A DNA stretch of 64,000 nucleotides from Acaryochloridaceae cyanobacterium VAR_48_metabat_390 (GTDB lineage: Bacteria; Cyanobacteriota; Cyanobacteriia; Thermosynechococcales; Thermosynechococcaceae): contig JANPLU010000101.1 of the NCBI GenBank assembly GCA_031422435.1, forward strand, positions 20,562-84,561, read 5' to 3'. Positions within the stretch are counted from its first letter, which is position 1. Each line of letters starts with the position of its first letter. Under the pieces are notes generated by a model. It was not told the DNA's origin. It saw nothing but the letters and a program-made list of their open reading frames with translations, and ran no database searches. Positions 1 through 11,685 of this stretch are shown piece after piece. Both the position numbers and the translations under genes were made by a program.

Positions 1-1
1 C

Positions 2-358
2 TGTTTTGAGAGCGCAACAGCGGCTGATCTTGTAACGCCTGACGGGGTTAAGTTTATTGGCAGCGCACAGGTTTGGCGCGGTCAAACCGTTTTACAGCAT
101 GGCTCAATGCAGCTTCAGCCTAATCTAGGCTTACGTCACTCTGTTTTTGGAGGTCAAGCGCCCTTAATATCTAGGTCAGATAACCTAGAAGAACCGTTTC
201 AAACGATTTCTGATAGCGAAATTATTACTGCGCTGACCTTGGCAGCAGCAACACATTTTGGCGTGAGCTTTCATGAAGAAGCACCCACTGTTTCTGAGTG
301 GCATTCCATTCAAAATTACATTGATTTACCCCCACAGCTAAAAGCGCGTGGGATTTAG
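2..358 (+). CDS. Lipoate-protein ligase A family protein, C-terminal part (5' end outside window)
   Basis: Frame open from base 2: CFESATAADLVTPDGVKFIGSAQ...VLQHGS, the LplA/LipM K-x-x-GSAQ and QHGS motifs. Confidence 0.8.
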   Translation, partial: CFESATAADLVTPDGVKFIGSAQVWRGQTVLQHGSMQLQPNLGLRHSVFGGQAPLISRSDNLEEPFQTISDSEIITALTLAAATHFGVSFHEEAPTVSEWHSIQNYIDLPPQLKARGI

Positions 359-468
359 GACTCAAACAGAAATCGCAAGCTTATAGGTAACGGTGGTCGT
401 GTGACCGAGGACATCGGTTTTGGCAATGACGTTGCCTTCGGATCAAGTTCATCTGTTAAAATCCCCCC

Positions 469-1308
469 ATGTTTGACCCCACTTGTAAGTTCCTTGCAGA
501 AACCTTTTCGGCTGATTTTGCCACTTGGTTACTCGGTGAACCCATTACCTTCACGAAGCTCACTCCAACGGAATTATCCTTAGAGCCGATTCGAGCTGAT
601 TCGTTGATTTTGCTGGATTCTGACGCTTTAATTCTTCAGATCGAGTTCCAAACTGAGCCAGACCCTACGATGCCGTTTCGGATGGCTGACTACCGCTTAA
701 GGCTGCATCGACGCTTTCCCAATAAACGGGTCAGGCAGATTGTCATTTATCTCAATTCCACTGGATCCGAGCTGGTGTATCAGACGTTATTTGAAATTCC
801 TGGTATGCGGCACGAATTTGAGGTGATCCGTCTGTGGGAACAATCCACTGAGCCTTTTCTCGAAGCAACTGGGTTATTGCCTTTAGCTGTTCTGACCAAA
901 ACTCCAGATAAAGCTCAAACCCTTCGTCAAGTAGCAGCGAAGGTTGATGCGATTGAGGAAAAGCGGGTTCAAAGTAATGTAGCGGCTTCTGCTGGGATTC
1001 TGGCAGGGTTAATATTAGAGAAAGGATTTATCAATCAGGTTCTCAGGAAGGAAATCATGCAGCAATCTGTGATTTATCAAGAGATTCTTCAAGAAGGCGA
1101 ACAAAAGGGGAGACAAGAAGGAAGACAAGAGGGTGAATTAACCTTTGCGCTTCGATTGATAGCCCATCGCTTTGGGACGATCGCCCCTGAAACGGAAGCC
1201 CAAATCAAAACCCTTTCTCTGATTCAGCTTGAGGATTTAGGCAAGGCTTTACTGGATTTTTCTCAACTATCGGATCTTGAAAATTGGTTGCGGATTCTTG
1301 GTACGTAG
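469..1308 (+). CDS. Rpn/YhgA-like PD-(D/E)xK nuclease with DUF4351 C-terminus
   Basis: RADSLILL..QIEFQ motif, GRQE repeats, LEDLGKALLDF tail. Confidence 0.85.
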   Translation: MFDPTCKFLAETFSADFATWLLGEPITFTKLTPTELSLEPIRADSLILLDSDALILQIEFQTEPDPTMPFRMADYRLRLHRRFPNKRVRQIVIYLNSTGSELVYQTLFEIPGMRHEFEVIRLWEQSTEPFLEATGLLPLAVLTKTPDKAQTLRQVAAKVDAIEEKRVQSNVAASAGILAGLILEKGFINQVLRKEIMQQSVIYQEILQEGEQKGRQEGRQEGELTFALRLIAHRFGTIAPETEAQIKTLSLIQLEDLGKALLDFSQLSDLENWLRILGT

Positions 1309-1378
1309 CGATCGCAGTCCTAACCAATACACAACCGAGATCGGCGATTGCCCACTACAGTCAGAAGCAAGCGAGGAC

Positions 1379-2152
1379 TTAAAACTGATCCTTCATCCCT
1401 CGTAATCTTGCAAAGCTTTGAACGGGGTCTAACGCTTTTGTGGCTTTTAGGATCGCATCAGAATCCCAGCGCAAGAAAGGATTAGTTTGCTTTTCTACGC
1501 CTAGGCAAGCAGGCACCGTAGCCTCTAAGCGCTGCCGCATATTCTGAACATCTTCATATCTTTGGCTCAGTACAAGGTTTTGCGGATCTACCGTGAGCGC
1601 AAACTTGAGATTATTGAGGGTGTATTCATGGGCACACCATATTTGGGTATCGTCAGGCAAACAACGAATTTTGCTCAAAGAATTGACCATTTGAGCGGGG
1701 GTGCCTTCAAACAGACGACCGCATCCTCCAGAAAAGAGCGTATCTCCGCAAAATAGGTTGCCTGACGCATGAGGCGTGAGAGGCGGAAAGTAGTAAGCAA
1801 TATGGCCTTTTGTGTGGCCTGGAACAAACAATACTTCTGCGGCAAGGGTTCCAAAACTGACGTGATCGCCCTCGCTCAGAAAAACCTGCTGCCCAGGAAT
1901 TCGGCCTCGATCTGCCTCACTGGCATAGACTACAGCCTGTGGAAAATGACGCAGCAGCGCCAAGTTGCCGCCCACATGATCGCTATGATGATGGGTATTA
2001 AAAATAGAAACCAGCGTTGCCTTTAGCTCGGCTAGCTGTTGCAGCACTGGCTCTGCAACAGCAGGGTCAACCACAGCCGCAATATTGCGCTGAGGGTCAT
2101 GCAGCAGAAAAATATAGTTGTCGTTGAGAACAGGCAGTCGGTAGATATCCAT
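1379..2152 (-). CDS. gloB: Hydroxyacylglutathione hydrolase (glyoxalase II)
   Basis: [34 protein letters not shown] motifs. Confidence 0.95.
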   Translation of the reverse strand: MDIYRLPVLNDNYIFLLHDPQRNIAAVVDPAVAEPVLQQLAELKATLVSIFNTHHHSDHVGGNLALLRHFPQAVVYASEADRGRIPGQQVFLSEGDHVSFGTLAAEVLFVPGHTKGHIAYYFPPLTPHASGNLFCGDTLFSGGCGRLFEGTPAQMVNSLSKIRCLPDDTQIWCAHEYTLNNLKFALTVDPQNLVLSQRYEDVQNMRQRLEATVPACLGVEKQTNPFLRWDSDAILKATKALDPVQSFARLRGMKDQF

Positions 2153-2154
2153 AC

Positions 2155-3504
2155 CTACGATTGTAGTCGCCAGCCTGGTTTGACTACCTGACGGGCGCGA
2201 GCAATCACAAGAGCATCGTCCGGTACGTTCTCGGTTACGGTGGAGCCTGCCGCAATGGTGACATCAGCCCCTAGGGTTAAGGGTGCCACTAAAACGCTGT
2301 TGGAGCCTGTTTTGGTGCGATCGCCAATTACGGTCTTGTGCTTATTCACGCCGTCGTAATTGGCGGTAATGGTGCCTGCGCCAATATTGACCTGAGTGCC
2401 CGTTGTTGTGTCCCCTAGGTAAGAAAGGTGCGTGACGTTGGAGCGATCGCCCAGAAGGGTGTTCTTTAGCTCGACAAAGTTGCCAATGCGGCAGTTTTCG
2501 CCCACCGCAGCCTGTCCGCGCAGGTGCGCATAGGGACCAATGGTGGTGCCAGAGGCTACGGTGCTGTCTTGAATGACGGAGAAGAGGATGGAAACGCGAT
2601 CGCCCACTACGGCATTTTCCAGCATTGAGCCAGGACCAATCCGACACCCTGAACCCACGACAGTATTGCCCCGCAGGTGGGTTTGTGGCTCAATCACCAC
2701 GTCGGAGCCAAGGGTCACAGCGTCATCAATGGTGATGCTAGCAGGGTCAACCAGCGTCACGCCCCGCATCATCCAGTCATTCTTAATACGCGTTTGCAGC
2801 ATTTGATAGGCTTGGGCAAGCTGTTGACGGTCATTAATACCCGAAATTTCTTGATGGTCTTTTACATCCACCGCCATGACGGGGCTTAAGAAGTTCACCG
2901 CGTCAGTTAGGTAGTATTCTTTTTGATCATTTTCGGCGCTGAGGTTGGGCAACACTTCTTTTAGTGCCGACCATCGAAAGCAGTAAACACCCGCATTGAT
3001 GCGCTGATTTTGACGCTGTGCCTCGGTGCAGTCCCGATCTTCGATAATAGACTGAAGATGATTGTTCTCATCGCAAAACACCCGCCCATAGCCCTTAGGG
3101 TTGGGCAACAGCGCGGTCAAAATGGTAGCGGCATTTTGCTGCTGTCGATGGGTTTCTAAAAGCTGCGCTAGGGTTTCAGGGCGCAGCAGGGGCACATCGC
3201 CATTCAAAATCAGCAAGTCGCCTTCAAAGTCTTGGAGTGCCGGAATAACCTGCTGGGCGGCATGACCTGTGCCAAGCTGCTCGGTTTGCGCCACAAATTC
3301 AACATCTGTGCGATGCGCCAACGCAGCTTTAACCGTTTCTGCACCATAGCCCACAATCACAAGACGTCGAGAGGGGTTGAGGGCTTCAACGCTATCGAGG
3401 GCGCGTTCAACTAAAGTTCGTCCCCCCAAGGGATGTACCACCTTGGGAAGGGTTGATTTCATGCGGGTTCCACGACCTGCCGCCAAAATCGCTACTGCAA
3501 TCAT
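2155..3504 (-). CDS. glmU: Bifunctional UDP-GlcNAc pyrophosphorylase / GlcN-1-P acetyltransferase
   Basis: [17 protein letters not shown], hexapeptide repeats, NYDGVNKH. Confidence 0.97.
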   Translation of the reverse strand: MIAVAILAAGRGTRMKSTLPKVVHPLGGRTLVERALDSVEALNPSRRLVIVGYGAETVKAALAHRTDVEFVAQTEQLGTGHAAQQVIPALQDFEGDLLILNGDVPLLRPETLAQLLETHRQQQNAATILTALLPNPKGYGRVFCDENNHLQSIIEDRDCTEAQRQNQRINAGVYCFRWSALKEVLPNLSAENDQKEYYLTDAVNFLSPVMAVDVKDHQEISGINDRQQLAQAYQMLQTRIKNDWMMRGVTLVDPASITIDDAVTLGSDVVIEPQTHLRGNTVVGSGCRIGPGSMLENAVVGDRVSILFSVIQDSTVASGTTIGPYAHLRGQAAVGENCRIGNFVELKNTLLGDRSNVTHLSYLGDTTTGTQVNIGAGTITANYDGVNKHKTVIGDRTKTGSNSVLVAPLTLGADVTIAAGSTVTENVPDDALVIARARQVVKPGWRLQS

Positions 3505-4195
3505 GCTGTGTTCCTAGCCAGTCATCAACGGCACAGTATATCGTGGTTTGAACCGCTTTTCTATGCCTCAGGCTTAAGGATGCCGATTGCTGAATTAACT
3601 GCAAAATGGCATCCTTAATCGTTGATTAAACGGCTCTAGCGCACTGAAGCACTGGGGATGCTGGAGATTATCCCTATATTTTTGACATCAAATCGCTGAG
3701 GTGCAGAAGCCGTAAAGTAAAAGCCAAGCTGACTGCCTTCAACAGCATTGCCAGACTGCATTGGGGGAGACGTTGCGCACCACAGGTGACAAGGGTTTTG
3801 GCAGATACAGCAGGGCTTATGGTTAAGGCGACTGTACTTAAAAGCCCTGTGGTGATAGATAAAACTGCAAGAGATGCATTGATAGATTTCAGCATGGTGA
3901 TATCCTCTCAGGATCTTGATGAGAGATGGATCAGCGCGGAATCCATTAATGACGAGACACCTCGCTGCCAGCTCTATGACTTAACTCTAGGGATCACTTC
4001 TGAGATGAGGCCGAGATTTGTATAAACTGATACTGAACTTCGCCAAATCGCTGGGGAAGTTTTGATACTCAAAGGCTCTAGCGTTAACCCTTTTTCTGAA
4101 GTGGGTGGCGGATGGGCAATCGCATTTCTTCTTTGAGCAGGTTTGAGTTTCGTTCCTGATGCTGTGAATCGGCATACAAAATCAGGATGTCTTAT

Positions 4196-5476
4196 TTATG
4201 ATTTTGGAGGATTGGTGTCTACTAGGTTCACACAGGCAACAGGTAGGGAATCTGCAATCAATTGGGTAAATTTTTTCTCAACCTCGATTAATACCTGTTG
4301 TCTATCCCAGTGAGTGATGGCGTAGCTGCGGGCTTCGTTACCAAAATGCGCCCGTAAAGCCGCATCTTGACTGAGGAGTAGAATGGCCTTAGAGAATTGA
4401 CTCACGTTTCCAGGCTGTACATTGACGCCTCGATTGGTCACAATCTCAGCCAGTTGAGTATCAGGTTCTGCGGTAGAAACGACGGGGCGACCTGAGGCAA
4501 ACATGGCTTTCAGTTTTGAGGGTAGAACCAGGGCGGCGGCCTCAAGGGACTGAGGCAAGAGATGGATGTCTGCCATGTTGAGCAGGTCGTTGAATCGCTC
4601 ATCAGGCTGGAGATTTAAAAATCGAACGCTAGGGATATCCTCTGCTTGTTTAATCAGAGTTTGCCGCATGGAGCCTTCCCCTGCGATGATAAAGGTAATA
4701 TTGGTGTGATGCTGAAGCTGACGGGCAACGCCGATGATTATCTCCAGCCCTTGTTTAGTGCCTAGGTTGCCAGCGTAGAGACAAACAGTCTGCTTGGCGT
4801 CAATGTTTAGTTCGGTTCGGAAGGGGTTAATTTGCGCGCAGGGTCGAATGGCCTGGGTATCAACCCAGTTTGGGAAAAGCATGCTGTGGCTTTTGCTTAT
4901 GCCCTTGCGATGGATGTGCGCAAGCATTTCTTCGCTGATACTCGAGACGAATGAAACCTGACGAAGAAGCCAACACTCAAGGCCAAAAACGATGTTTTTC
5001 AATGCCTCTAAGCGGGGAACCAAACCCAAACTAAAGCCAGCGTCTATTTCAAGGTCTTGAATATGAAGCCAGACTTTGCTGCCGAATAATTTAGAAATGA
5101 GCAGGGTGCCAGGCAAGCAAAAAATAGGAGGCTCTAGAACGAAGATGATGTCTGGCTTCCAAGCTTGGCTGCGCTCCAGCAGAATGGGTAGGCTAGAAAT
5201 TGCAAAGGACATTAGATGAAGAATTCGTTTTAGGCCAGTTGGATTTTTAGGAACCCAAATTGGACATCGAAAGATAGCAGTCGTCTGGCTGCTATCTGTT
5301 TGGTACCTCCAGCCACAGTAACCTGGCTGTATTTCCCACTGTGGATAGTAGGGCGGGGCACAGATTACCTGAACTTCATGTCCCTTTTCAGTGAGCCAAG
5401 CTGCAAAGTCGGTGTTATATTTACCTATACCTACCAGTTCTGGATCATAATTTAGGCTGTATATGACTATACGCAA
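4196..5476 (-). CDS. WcaI-like GT4 glycosyltransferase
   Basis: NYDPELVGIGKY, APPYYPQW, YAGNLGTKQGLE, LPSKL motifs. Confidence 0.88.
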   Translation of the reverse strand: MRIVIYSLNYDPELVGIGKYNTDFAAWLTEKGHEVQVICAPPYYPQWEIQPGYCGWRYQTDSSQTTAIFRCPIWVPKNPTGLKRILHLMSFAISSLPILLERSQAWKPDIIFVLEPPIFCLPGTLLISKLFGSKVWLHIQDLEIDAGFSLGLVPRLEALKNIVFGLECWLLRQVSFVSSISEEMLAHIHRKGISKSHSMLFPNWVDTQAIRPCAQINPFRTELNIDAKQTVCLYAGNLGTKQGLEIIIGVARQLQHHTNITFIIAGEGSMRQTLIKQAEDIPSVRFLNLQPDERFNDLLNMADIHLLPQSLEAAALVLPSKLKAMFASGRPVVSTAEPDTQLAEIVTNRGVNVQPGNVSQFSKAILLLSQDAALRAHFGNEARSYAITHWDRQQVLIEVEKKFTQLIADSLPVACVNLVDTNPPKS

Positions 5477-6028
5477 GCGACTATATCCCCTCTATCTATA
5501 TCAAATGTTTCTAAATATTATTAAATCATATACTCAAGGAGGTTTTAAGTATTTATTTTTACGAAAGATGAGATAAAACCAATTAATTTATAATAAAATT
5601 AGTTTTTAAGAAGAATAATTCCCTTAAATTTCAATTACATTTACTATCGTTCCGGGATAAGGAGTCTTTATAAGTATGGATAAATCTTTGAAATTTGTAA
5701 GATAGAGTTCACCTTTTGAAAGTTCCGATTACGGGTTTTAATTAGGCTTTGTTTTTCATCCCGATTCCTGGAACTGAGTTAATAGTGGCGCGGTCAAGGT
5801 CAACATAGACTCCTCGACCGCATTTATTACTTGAGATTTAATGTATGATTCTAGGCTGAGATGGCTGGGCGCTATACTAACAGTACAGATCTTTTAGATA
5901 GAGTAAGTATAGGCACTTCTCTTTTAACAATGTTTGTGCTGGCTTCTCTATCTGATCACTAGGAGATACTCAATTTATAATTTTTTGTATTGAGCAATAC
6001 TTAATCCACGTTTGGTTTTATTTAAGTA

Positions 6029-8221
6029 ATGACAACAGAATCTGAATCTCAAGCAGATTTTTTGAAGTATTGGCTTGTCTTAAGGCGGCGCTGGATCCCT
6101 GCCGCAATGGTTTTTAGCTCTACCTTGGGCTTAACAATCGCTTATGTGCTGTCGAAAACCCCTGTATATCGAATCCAAGGACAGCTTATTTATGAACAGG
6201 ACAAAACCTCTTCTCTCCTTGGATTTGCCTCTGCAGCCAAAGATCTGGGATTAGGTGGTGGTGGTGACGGGGACCGAAAAATAGAGTCGGAGCTACGCGT
6301 AATTCTATCTCAACCAGTACTACAGCAGACTTTAGACTCACTTAAAGGGAGCGTCTCACTGAATAGCCTACCCGACCTTGTGAGACTTAAAGATACCTTA
6401 ACGGTCAAAAACGCCGTCAACACAAACACAATTCAAATTTCTTACGATGCTGAAGATTCAGCGTTTGCCGCATTGTTGGTTAATAAGCTGATGCAGGTTT
6501 ACCAACAGAGTAATGTGCAAGCGACCCGAAGCGCTTCGGTAGCAGCACGGCAGTTTATTTCAACTCAGATACCTGAGGTACGCCAGAATGTGTTTCGTGC
6601 GGATGTTGCGCTGCGGCAATTTAAGGAGCGCTACAAGTTAACAAATTTAGAGGTGGCAACCAAAGGAAATGCCGAAAATCTAGCGCGGATTGGGGGACAG
6701 ATTGATCAGGCTCAGGCGCAGTTGACAGGGCTAGAGAGTGATTACCGAAATTTACAGCAGAAGCTTGGGTTAAATGCGCAAGAAGCACTGGCGGTGAGTA
6801 GCGTAAGTCAATCTTTGGGTGTACAGGCTAGTCTTGCAGATGTGCAGAGCCTAGAGCGAAAGCTAGAAGAAGCTCGCGCTCAATATGAAGAAAGCCATCC
6901 GATAGTGGTTGATTTAGTTGCTAAAACAGAGAAGGCTCAGGCGCTATTGAATAAGAATGTTGATGAATCTTTACAGGGGCAGGATGTGCCTGTGACCAGT
7001 CGCCTTCAGGTGGGGGCTACACAGCAAGAGTTACTAAATTCACTGATTAAAACGGGTATTAGTCGAAATGGCCTTGGCAACCAGATTTCTACGCTGAATC
7101 AGCAGCGTGCGACATATTTGAATCAGGCCAAGTTTTTACCTGGTTTGGAGCAGCGTCTGCGAGAGCTGGAAAGGGAGTTATTGGCAGCGGAGGCAACCTA
7201 CCAGGCGTTGCTGAAGAGCTTACAAGAGGTGCGCGTCAGTGAAAACCAAACGATTGGCAATGTGCGAATTATTGAGCCAGCTCAGATTCCGAAAGATCCA
7301 ATTGCGCCGAATAAACGGGCTGCGATCGCCGCTGGTACCCTAGCCGGAATTCTCTTGGCTATTGCGCTGATCTATTTACTAGAGACGACAGACACGCGGG
7401 TGAAACGGGTAGAAGAAGCCCAGACGCTCTTTGACTACACGCTTCTGGGAACCATTCCCATTTTTCCTGAGCCGCTCCATAACCGAGAGCTATCGCGTTT
7501 GCCAGTTTTGAGCGATCCAAAATCTTTGATTAGCGAATCTTATCGGATGCTACAGGCTAACTTAAAGTTCTTGAAATCTGATGACCCCATTCAGGTGATT
7601 AGCCTTACCAGTGCAATGCAGGGGGAAGGTAAATCAACAACCTGTGCGAATTTAGCGGCGGTTTTAAATGTGATGGGGCACAATGTGCTGCTGCTAGATC
7701 TAGATTTACGCCGCCCTACCCAGCATAGTATTTGGGAATTGAGCAATGCGGCGGGGATTAGTGACTTTTTAGCAGGGCAGGTCAGCCATATTTCTGACGT
7801 GACTCGCACCATTCAAAAAGGCTTAGATGTCATTACTTCAGGTCAGCTACCGCCCAATCCCTTGGGGTTAATTGACTCTCAGCGAATGGCCGATACCATT
7901 CAAGAATGGACGAAACATTATGATTATGTGCTGATTGATACACCACCTACATCTGTTGCAGCCGATGCCGCTGTACTAGGAAGGCTTACGGATGGTCTTA
8001 TAATTGTGGCACGGCCTAATATTTTAGATAAAAATACCGCAAGAGTTGCAAAAGACTATTTGAGCCAGTCTGGCATCAATATTTTGGGGCTGGTGGTGAA
8101 TGGCGTTATTCCTGAAAATGAGTCTAACCACTACTATTATTATTCTCACTATACCCACTATGCTCAAGACATTAAGCCAGAAAAGAATGAGGCATTTGAG
8201 AAATCTAAAATTGATGGGTAG
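6029..8221 (+). CDS. wzc: Wzc/GumC polysaccharide co-polymerase tyrosine autokinase
   Basis: Two TM segments, coiled coil, Walker A GEGKST, DLDLRRP, IDTPP, Tyr-rich C-terminus. Confidence 0.92.
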   Translation: MTTESESQADFLKYWLVLRRRWIPAAMVFSSTLGLTIAYVLSKTPVYRIQGQLIYEQDKTSSLLGFASAAKDLGLGGGGDGDRKIESELRVILSQPVLQQTLDSLKGSVSLNSLPDLVRLKDTLTVKNAVNTNTIQISYDAEDSAFAALLVNKLMQVYQQSNVQATRSASVAARQFISTQIPEVRQNVFRADVALRQFKERYKLTNLEVATKGNAENLARIGGQIDQAQAQLTGLESDYRNLQQKLGLNAQEALAVSSVSQSLGVQASLADVQSLERKLEEARAQYEESHPIVVDLVAKTEKAQALLNKNVDESLQGQDVPVTSRLQVGATQQELLNSLIKTGISRNGLGNQISTLNQQRATYLNQAKFLPGLEQRLRELERELLAAEATYQALLKSLQEVRVSENQTIGNVRIIEPAQIPKDPIAPNKRAAIAAGTLAGILLAIALIYLLETTDTRVKRVEEAQTLFDYTLLGTIPIFPEPLHNRELSRLPVLSDPKSLISESYRMLQANLKFLKSDDPIQVISLTSAMQGEGKSTTCANLAAVLNVMGHNVLLLDLDLRRPTQHSIWELSNAAGISDFLAGQVSHISDVTRTIQKGLDVITSGQLPPNPLGLIDSQRMADTIQEWTKHYDYVLIDTPPTSVAADAAVLGRLTDGLIIVARPNILDKNTARVAKDYLSQSGINILGLVVNGVIPENESNHYYYYSHYTHYAQDIKPEKNEAFEKSKIDG

Positions 8222-8338
8222 AATGAATTCTGTGAATATGAAATGGGGTTTGGTGGATTAAGATTATTTAATTTCAGAGGTGTAAAAAACGATTTAATCC
8301 AGGTTTAGCTATTGTAAACATCTAAATTCTAAAATCCT

Positions 8339-9139
8339 ATGATTACACCTAGTGTTCCAGTGGCTTTGCTTTGTGGGGGGAAAGGGACTCGTTTAAGAGA
8401 GGAAACGGAGTTTCGGCCTAAGCCAATGATTATGGTGGGAGATCGCCCCATGATCTGGCACATTATGAAAATTTATGCCCATTATGGCTTTACAGACTTC
8501 ATGCTATGTCTGGGCTACAAGGGCGATATGATTCGAGAATATTTTTTGAATTATGACTGGAACCATAGTGATTTATTGCTAGAGCTGGGCAGTAAGTCTA
8601 TCAAAACCCTGAACAGCAGCCATGATGAAGAAGATTGGCGGCTATGGCTAATTGATACTGGGCAAGAAACCATGACGGGTGGTCGTCTGAAGCGTCTGGG
8701 TCGCTACCTAGATAGCATTGGTGCCGATACGTTTTTAGGCACCTATGGAGATGGGGTTGCAGATGTAGATATACAGGCGCTGTTGTCGTATCATCGCAGT
8801 CACGGAAAGTTGGCAACGATGACGGCGGTTAGGCCACCGTCTCGGTTTGGTGAGCTTTCTTTTGATGGCAATTTGGTGAGTAATTTTAAGGAAAAGCCTC
8901 AGACGAGTGAGGGCTGGATTAATGGGGGGTATTTTGTGCTGCACCGAAAGGTTCTGGATTTGATTGAGTCTGACGATACGGTTTTTGAAGCTGAGCCTTT
9001 AAGCATCCTTTCAGATCAGGGTGAGTTGGCGGTGTACCGCCATGAAGGGTTTTGGCAGTGCATGGATACATACCGAGAGCTAGAACTGCTGATTTCGCTT
9101 TATTCGTCTGGTAAGGCGCGGTGGAAGCTATGGGCCTAA
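8339..9139 (+). CDS. rfbF: Glucose-1-phosphate cytidylyltransferase
   Basis: GGKGTRLREET, TMTGGRLKR, GFWQCMDT. Confidence 0.93.
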   Translation: MITPSVPVALLCGGKGTRLREETEFRPKPMIMVGDRPMIWHIMKIYAHYGFTDFMLCLGYKGDMIREYFLNYDWNHSDLLLELGSKSIKTLNSSHDEEDWRLWLIDTGQETMTGGRLKRLGRYLDSIGADTFLGTYGDGVADVDIQALLSYHRSHGKLATMTAVRPPSRFGELSFDGNLVSNFKEKPQTSEGWINGGYFVLHRKVLDLIESDDTVFEAEPLSILSDQGELAVYRHEGFWQCMDTYRELELLISLYSSGKARWKLWA

Positions 9140-10254
9140 ATTTTTGGCAGGGCAAGCGGGTCTTGGTGACGGGGCATACGGGATTTAAGGGGGCATGGCT
9201 GTCGCTTTGGTTGCTTAGCTTAGGGGCTGAGATTTGGGGTTTTAGTTTAGAACCTAACACGATGCCTTCTTTGTTTGAGCAGTTGGGGCTAAAAGGTCTC
9301 TTGACCCATCAAGTTGGGGATATTAGAGACGCGGCATTGGTGCAGCAATGGATGAAGCAAGGGCAGCCTGATGTTGTGTTTCATTTGGCGGCTCAGCCTT
9401 TGGTGCGTCGCTCTTATGAAGAGCCTGTAGAAACCTGGCAGACGAATGTGTTGGGGACGGTTCATGTTTTAGAAGCGCTGAAGCAGCTTAATAATGCCTG
9501 TGCTGCGGTGTTGATTACGACGGATAAGTGCTACGAAAACCGAGAATGGGTTTACGGTTATCGTGAGAGCGATCCGCTGGGGGGGTATGACCCCTATAGT
9601 TCGAGTAAGGCGGCGGCGGAGATTGCCATCGCCTCGTGGCGAAGTTCGTTTTTTGCAGGTGCGCATTCTGCGGTAGGCATTGCGAGCGCTAGGGCTGGCA
9701 ATGTGATTGGTGGTGGCGACTGGGCGGAGGACCGTATTGTGCCAGATGCGATGCGTGCATTGAGTCGTCAGGAACCTATTGCGGTACGAAACCCTAGGGC
9801 GACTCGGCCTTGGCAGCATGTGCTGGAGCCGTTGAGCGGTTATTTGCGTTTGGCTCAGCAGCTATATAAAGCTTTAAATGACCAGACGGATGCGCTGGTT
9901 GAGTTGAGTGGTGCGTTTAATTTTGGCCCATCTTTAGCATCAAATCGTCCGGTTGGCGATTTGGTGGATGCAATTTTGCAGCATTGGGCTGGGAGTTGGG
10001 TAGATTATTCCGACCCCAAGGCGGTGCATGAGGCGAAGCTTTTGAATTTGGTGACGGATAAAGCCTTTCATGGGTTGGGTTGGCAGCCTGTATGGAATTT
10101 TGAGCGTACGATTGCTCAAACTGTGGCTTGGTATCGTGAGACACATCAAGGGGGAGCCGAAGATAAGGATGCTATACAAGCGTTGACGTTGGCTCAAATT
10201 CAGCAATATCAACGGGATGCTGAGGCGGTTTCAATTCAAGGGGTTAGGGGATGA
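9130..10254 (+). CDS. rfbG: CDP-glucose 4,6-dehydratase
   Basis: TGHTGFKGAW, TTDKCY, YSSSK, RPWQHVLEPL; start may be 9121 or 9130. Confidence 0.93.
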   Translation: MGLNFWQGKRVLVTGHTGFKGAWLSLWLLSLGAEIWGFSLEPNTMPSLFEQLGLKGLLTHQVGDIRDAALVQQWMKQGQPDVVFHLAAQPLVRRSYEEPVETWQTNVLGTVHVLEALKQLNNACAAVLITTDKCYENREWVYGYRESDPLGGYDPYSSSKAAAEIAIASWRSSFFAGAHSAVGIASARAGNVIGGGDWAEDRIVPDAMRALSRQEPIAVRNPRATRPWQHVLEPLSGYLRLAQQLYKALNDQTDALVELSGAFNFGPSLASNRPVGDLVDAILQHWAGSWVDYSDPKAVHEAKLLNLVTDKAFHGLGWQPVWNFERTIAQTVAWYRETHQGGAEDKDAIQALTLAQIQQYQRDAEAVSIQGVRG

Positions 10255-10335
10255 GGGAGTGCAAGGTGGATCACTTCTGACCCAGTATTTAGTTAAAAGT
10301 TCTGTTATTTGAAGACAAAACACTTATTTTTACCC

Positions 10336-11682
10336 ATGACTCAAGCTATTTCTCGTCCAATCTCTCAATCGAATCAGGAAGCGGAACTTCGATCGCAGGT
10401 GTTTGATGCGGTGCTGAAGTTTTACGAGTTTAAGTTTGCGCCGAAAGCGTTTATTGCAGGTCAAACCTATATCCCTGTCTCGGGGAAGGTGTTTGATGAG
10501 GATGAGCTGGTGAATTTGGTTGATTCGTCGTTAGATTTTTGGCTGACGACGGGTCGCTACGCGCTGGAGTTTGAGGAAAAGTTTGCGGCTTGGATGGGGG
10601 TTAAGCATTGTTTACTTGTAAATTCGGGGTCTTCGGCGAATTTGGTGGCGCTGTCGGCGCTGACCTCGCCAAAGCTGGGAGATAAGCGGTTGGTGCCTGG
10701 GGATGAGGTGATTACGGTGGCGGCGGGATTTCCGACGACGGTAAATCCGATTTTTCAGAATCAGTTGGTGCCTGTTTTTGTAGATGTGAAGCTACCCAGC
10801 TATGACATTGATGTTGACCAGCTTGAGGCGGCGCTATCACCTCGTACCCGTGCGATTATGATTGCCCATACGCTGGGGAACCCTTTTGACTTAGAGGCGG
10901 TGATGGCATTTGCCCAAAAGCATGACCTTTGGGTGATTGAGGATAACTGCGATGCGGTGGGAAGTACGTATGGGGGGCAAAAGACGGGGACGTTTGGGCA
11001 TTTGGCGACGGTGAGTTTTTACCCAGCCCACCACATGACGATGGGGGAAGGGGGTGCGGTGTTAACGAGCGATACGCGGCTTAAAAAGATTGTGGAGTCT
11101 TTTAGGGATTGGGGGCGGGACTGCTGGTGTGCGCCAGGAGTAGACAATACGTGCAATAAGCGGTTTGACTGGCAGTTAGGCAGTTTGCCCTATGGCTATG
11201 ACCACAAGTATACGTATTCTCATGTGGGGTATAACCTCAAGATGACGGATATGCAGGCGGCGGTAGGGGTGGCGCAGTTTGAGAAGTTGCCAGAGTTTAT
11301 TGCGCGGCGGAGAGAAAATTTTCAGTTTTTGTATGAACAGCTCCAAGGGTTAGAGGATGTTTTAGCTTTGCCTGAGGCGGGGTTAAAGGCTGAGCCAAGC
11401 TGGTTTGGGTTCCCGATTTATGTGAGGCCGGAGGCTCGGTTTAGCCGGAATGATTTGGTACGGCACTTGGAGGAGAAGCGGATTGGGACGCGGCTGATGT
11501 TTGCAGGGAATTTGGTGCGTCAGCCGCTTTATGAGGGGTTGCTTTATCGAGTGGTGGGGGATTTGAAGAATACGGATCGGGTGATGGAGGGTGTGTTTTG
11601 GCTGGGGGTGTTTCCTGGGTTGACGGAGGAGATGTTGCGGTATGTGGTTAAGACGATTCGAGAATTTGTGGAGGCTGCATAA
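10336..11682 (+). CDS. rfbH: CDP-4-keto-6-deoxyglucose 3-dehydrase (E1)
   Basis: [14 protein letters not shown] (His in place of the PLP Lys), [19 protein letters not shown]. Confidence 0.93.
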   Translation: MTQAISRPISQSNQEAELRSQVFDAVLKFYEFKFAPKAFIAGQTYIPVSGKVFDEDELVNLVDSSLDFWLTTGRYALEFEEKFAAWMGVKHCLLVNSGSSANLVALSALTSPKLGDKRLVPGDEVITVAAGFPTTVNPIFQNQLVPVFVDVKLPSYDIDVDQLEAALSPRTRAIMIAHTLGNPFDLEAVMAFAQKHDLWVIEDNCDAVGSTYGGQKTGTFGHLATVSFYPAHHMTMGEGGAVLTSDTRLKKIVESFRDWGRDCWCAPGVDNTCNKRFDWQLGSLPYGYDHKYTYSHVGYNLKMTDMQAAVGVAQFEKLPEFIARRRENFQFLYEQLQGLEDVLALPEAGLKAEPSWFGFPIYVRPEARFSRNDLVRHLEEKRIGTRLMFAGNLVRQPLYEGLLYRVVGDLKNTDRVMEGVFWLGVFPGLTEEMLRYVVKTIREFVEAA

Positions 11683-11685
11683 GTT

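Noticed and set aside
3604..4195. Short overlapping ORFs between glmU and the WcaI-like gene
   Set aside because: No recognisable motifs; 3674-3895 has a signal-peptide-like start and may be a remnant, but I cannot support a call.
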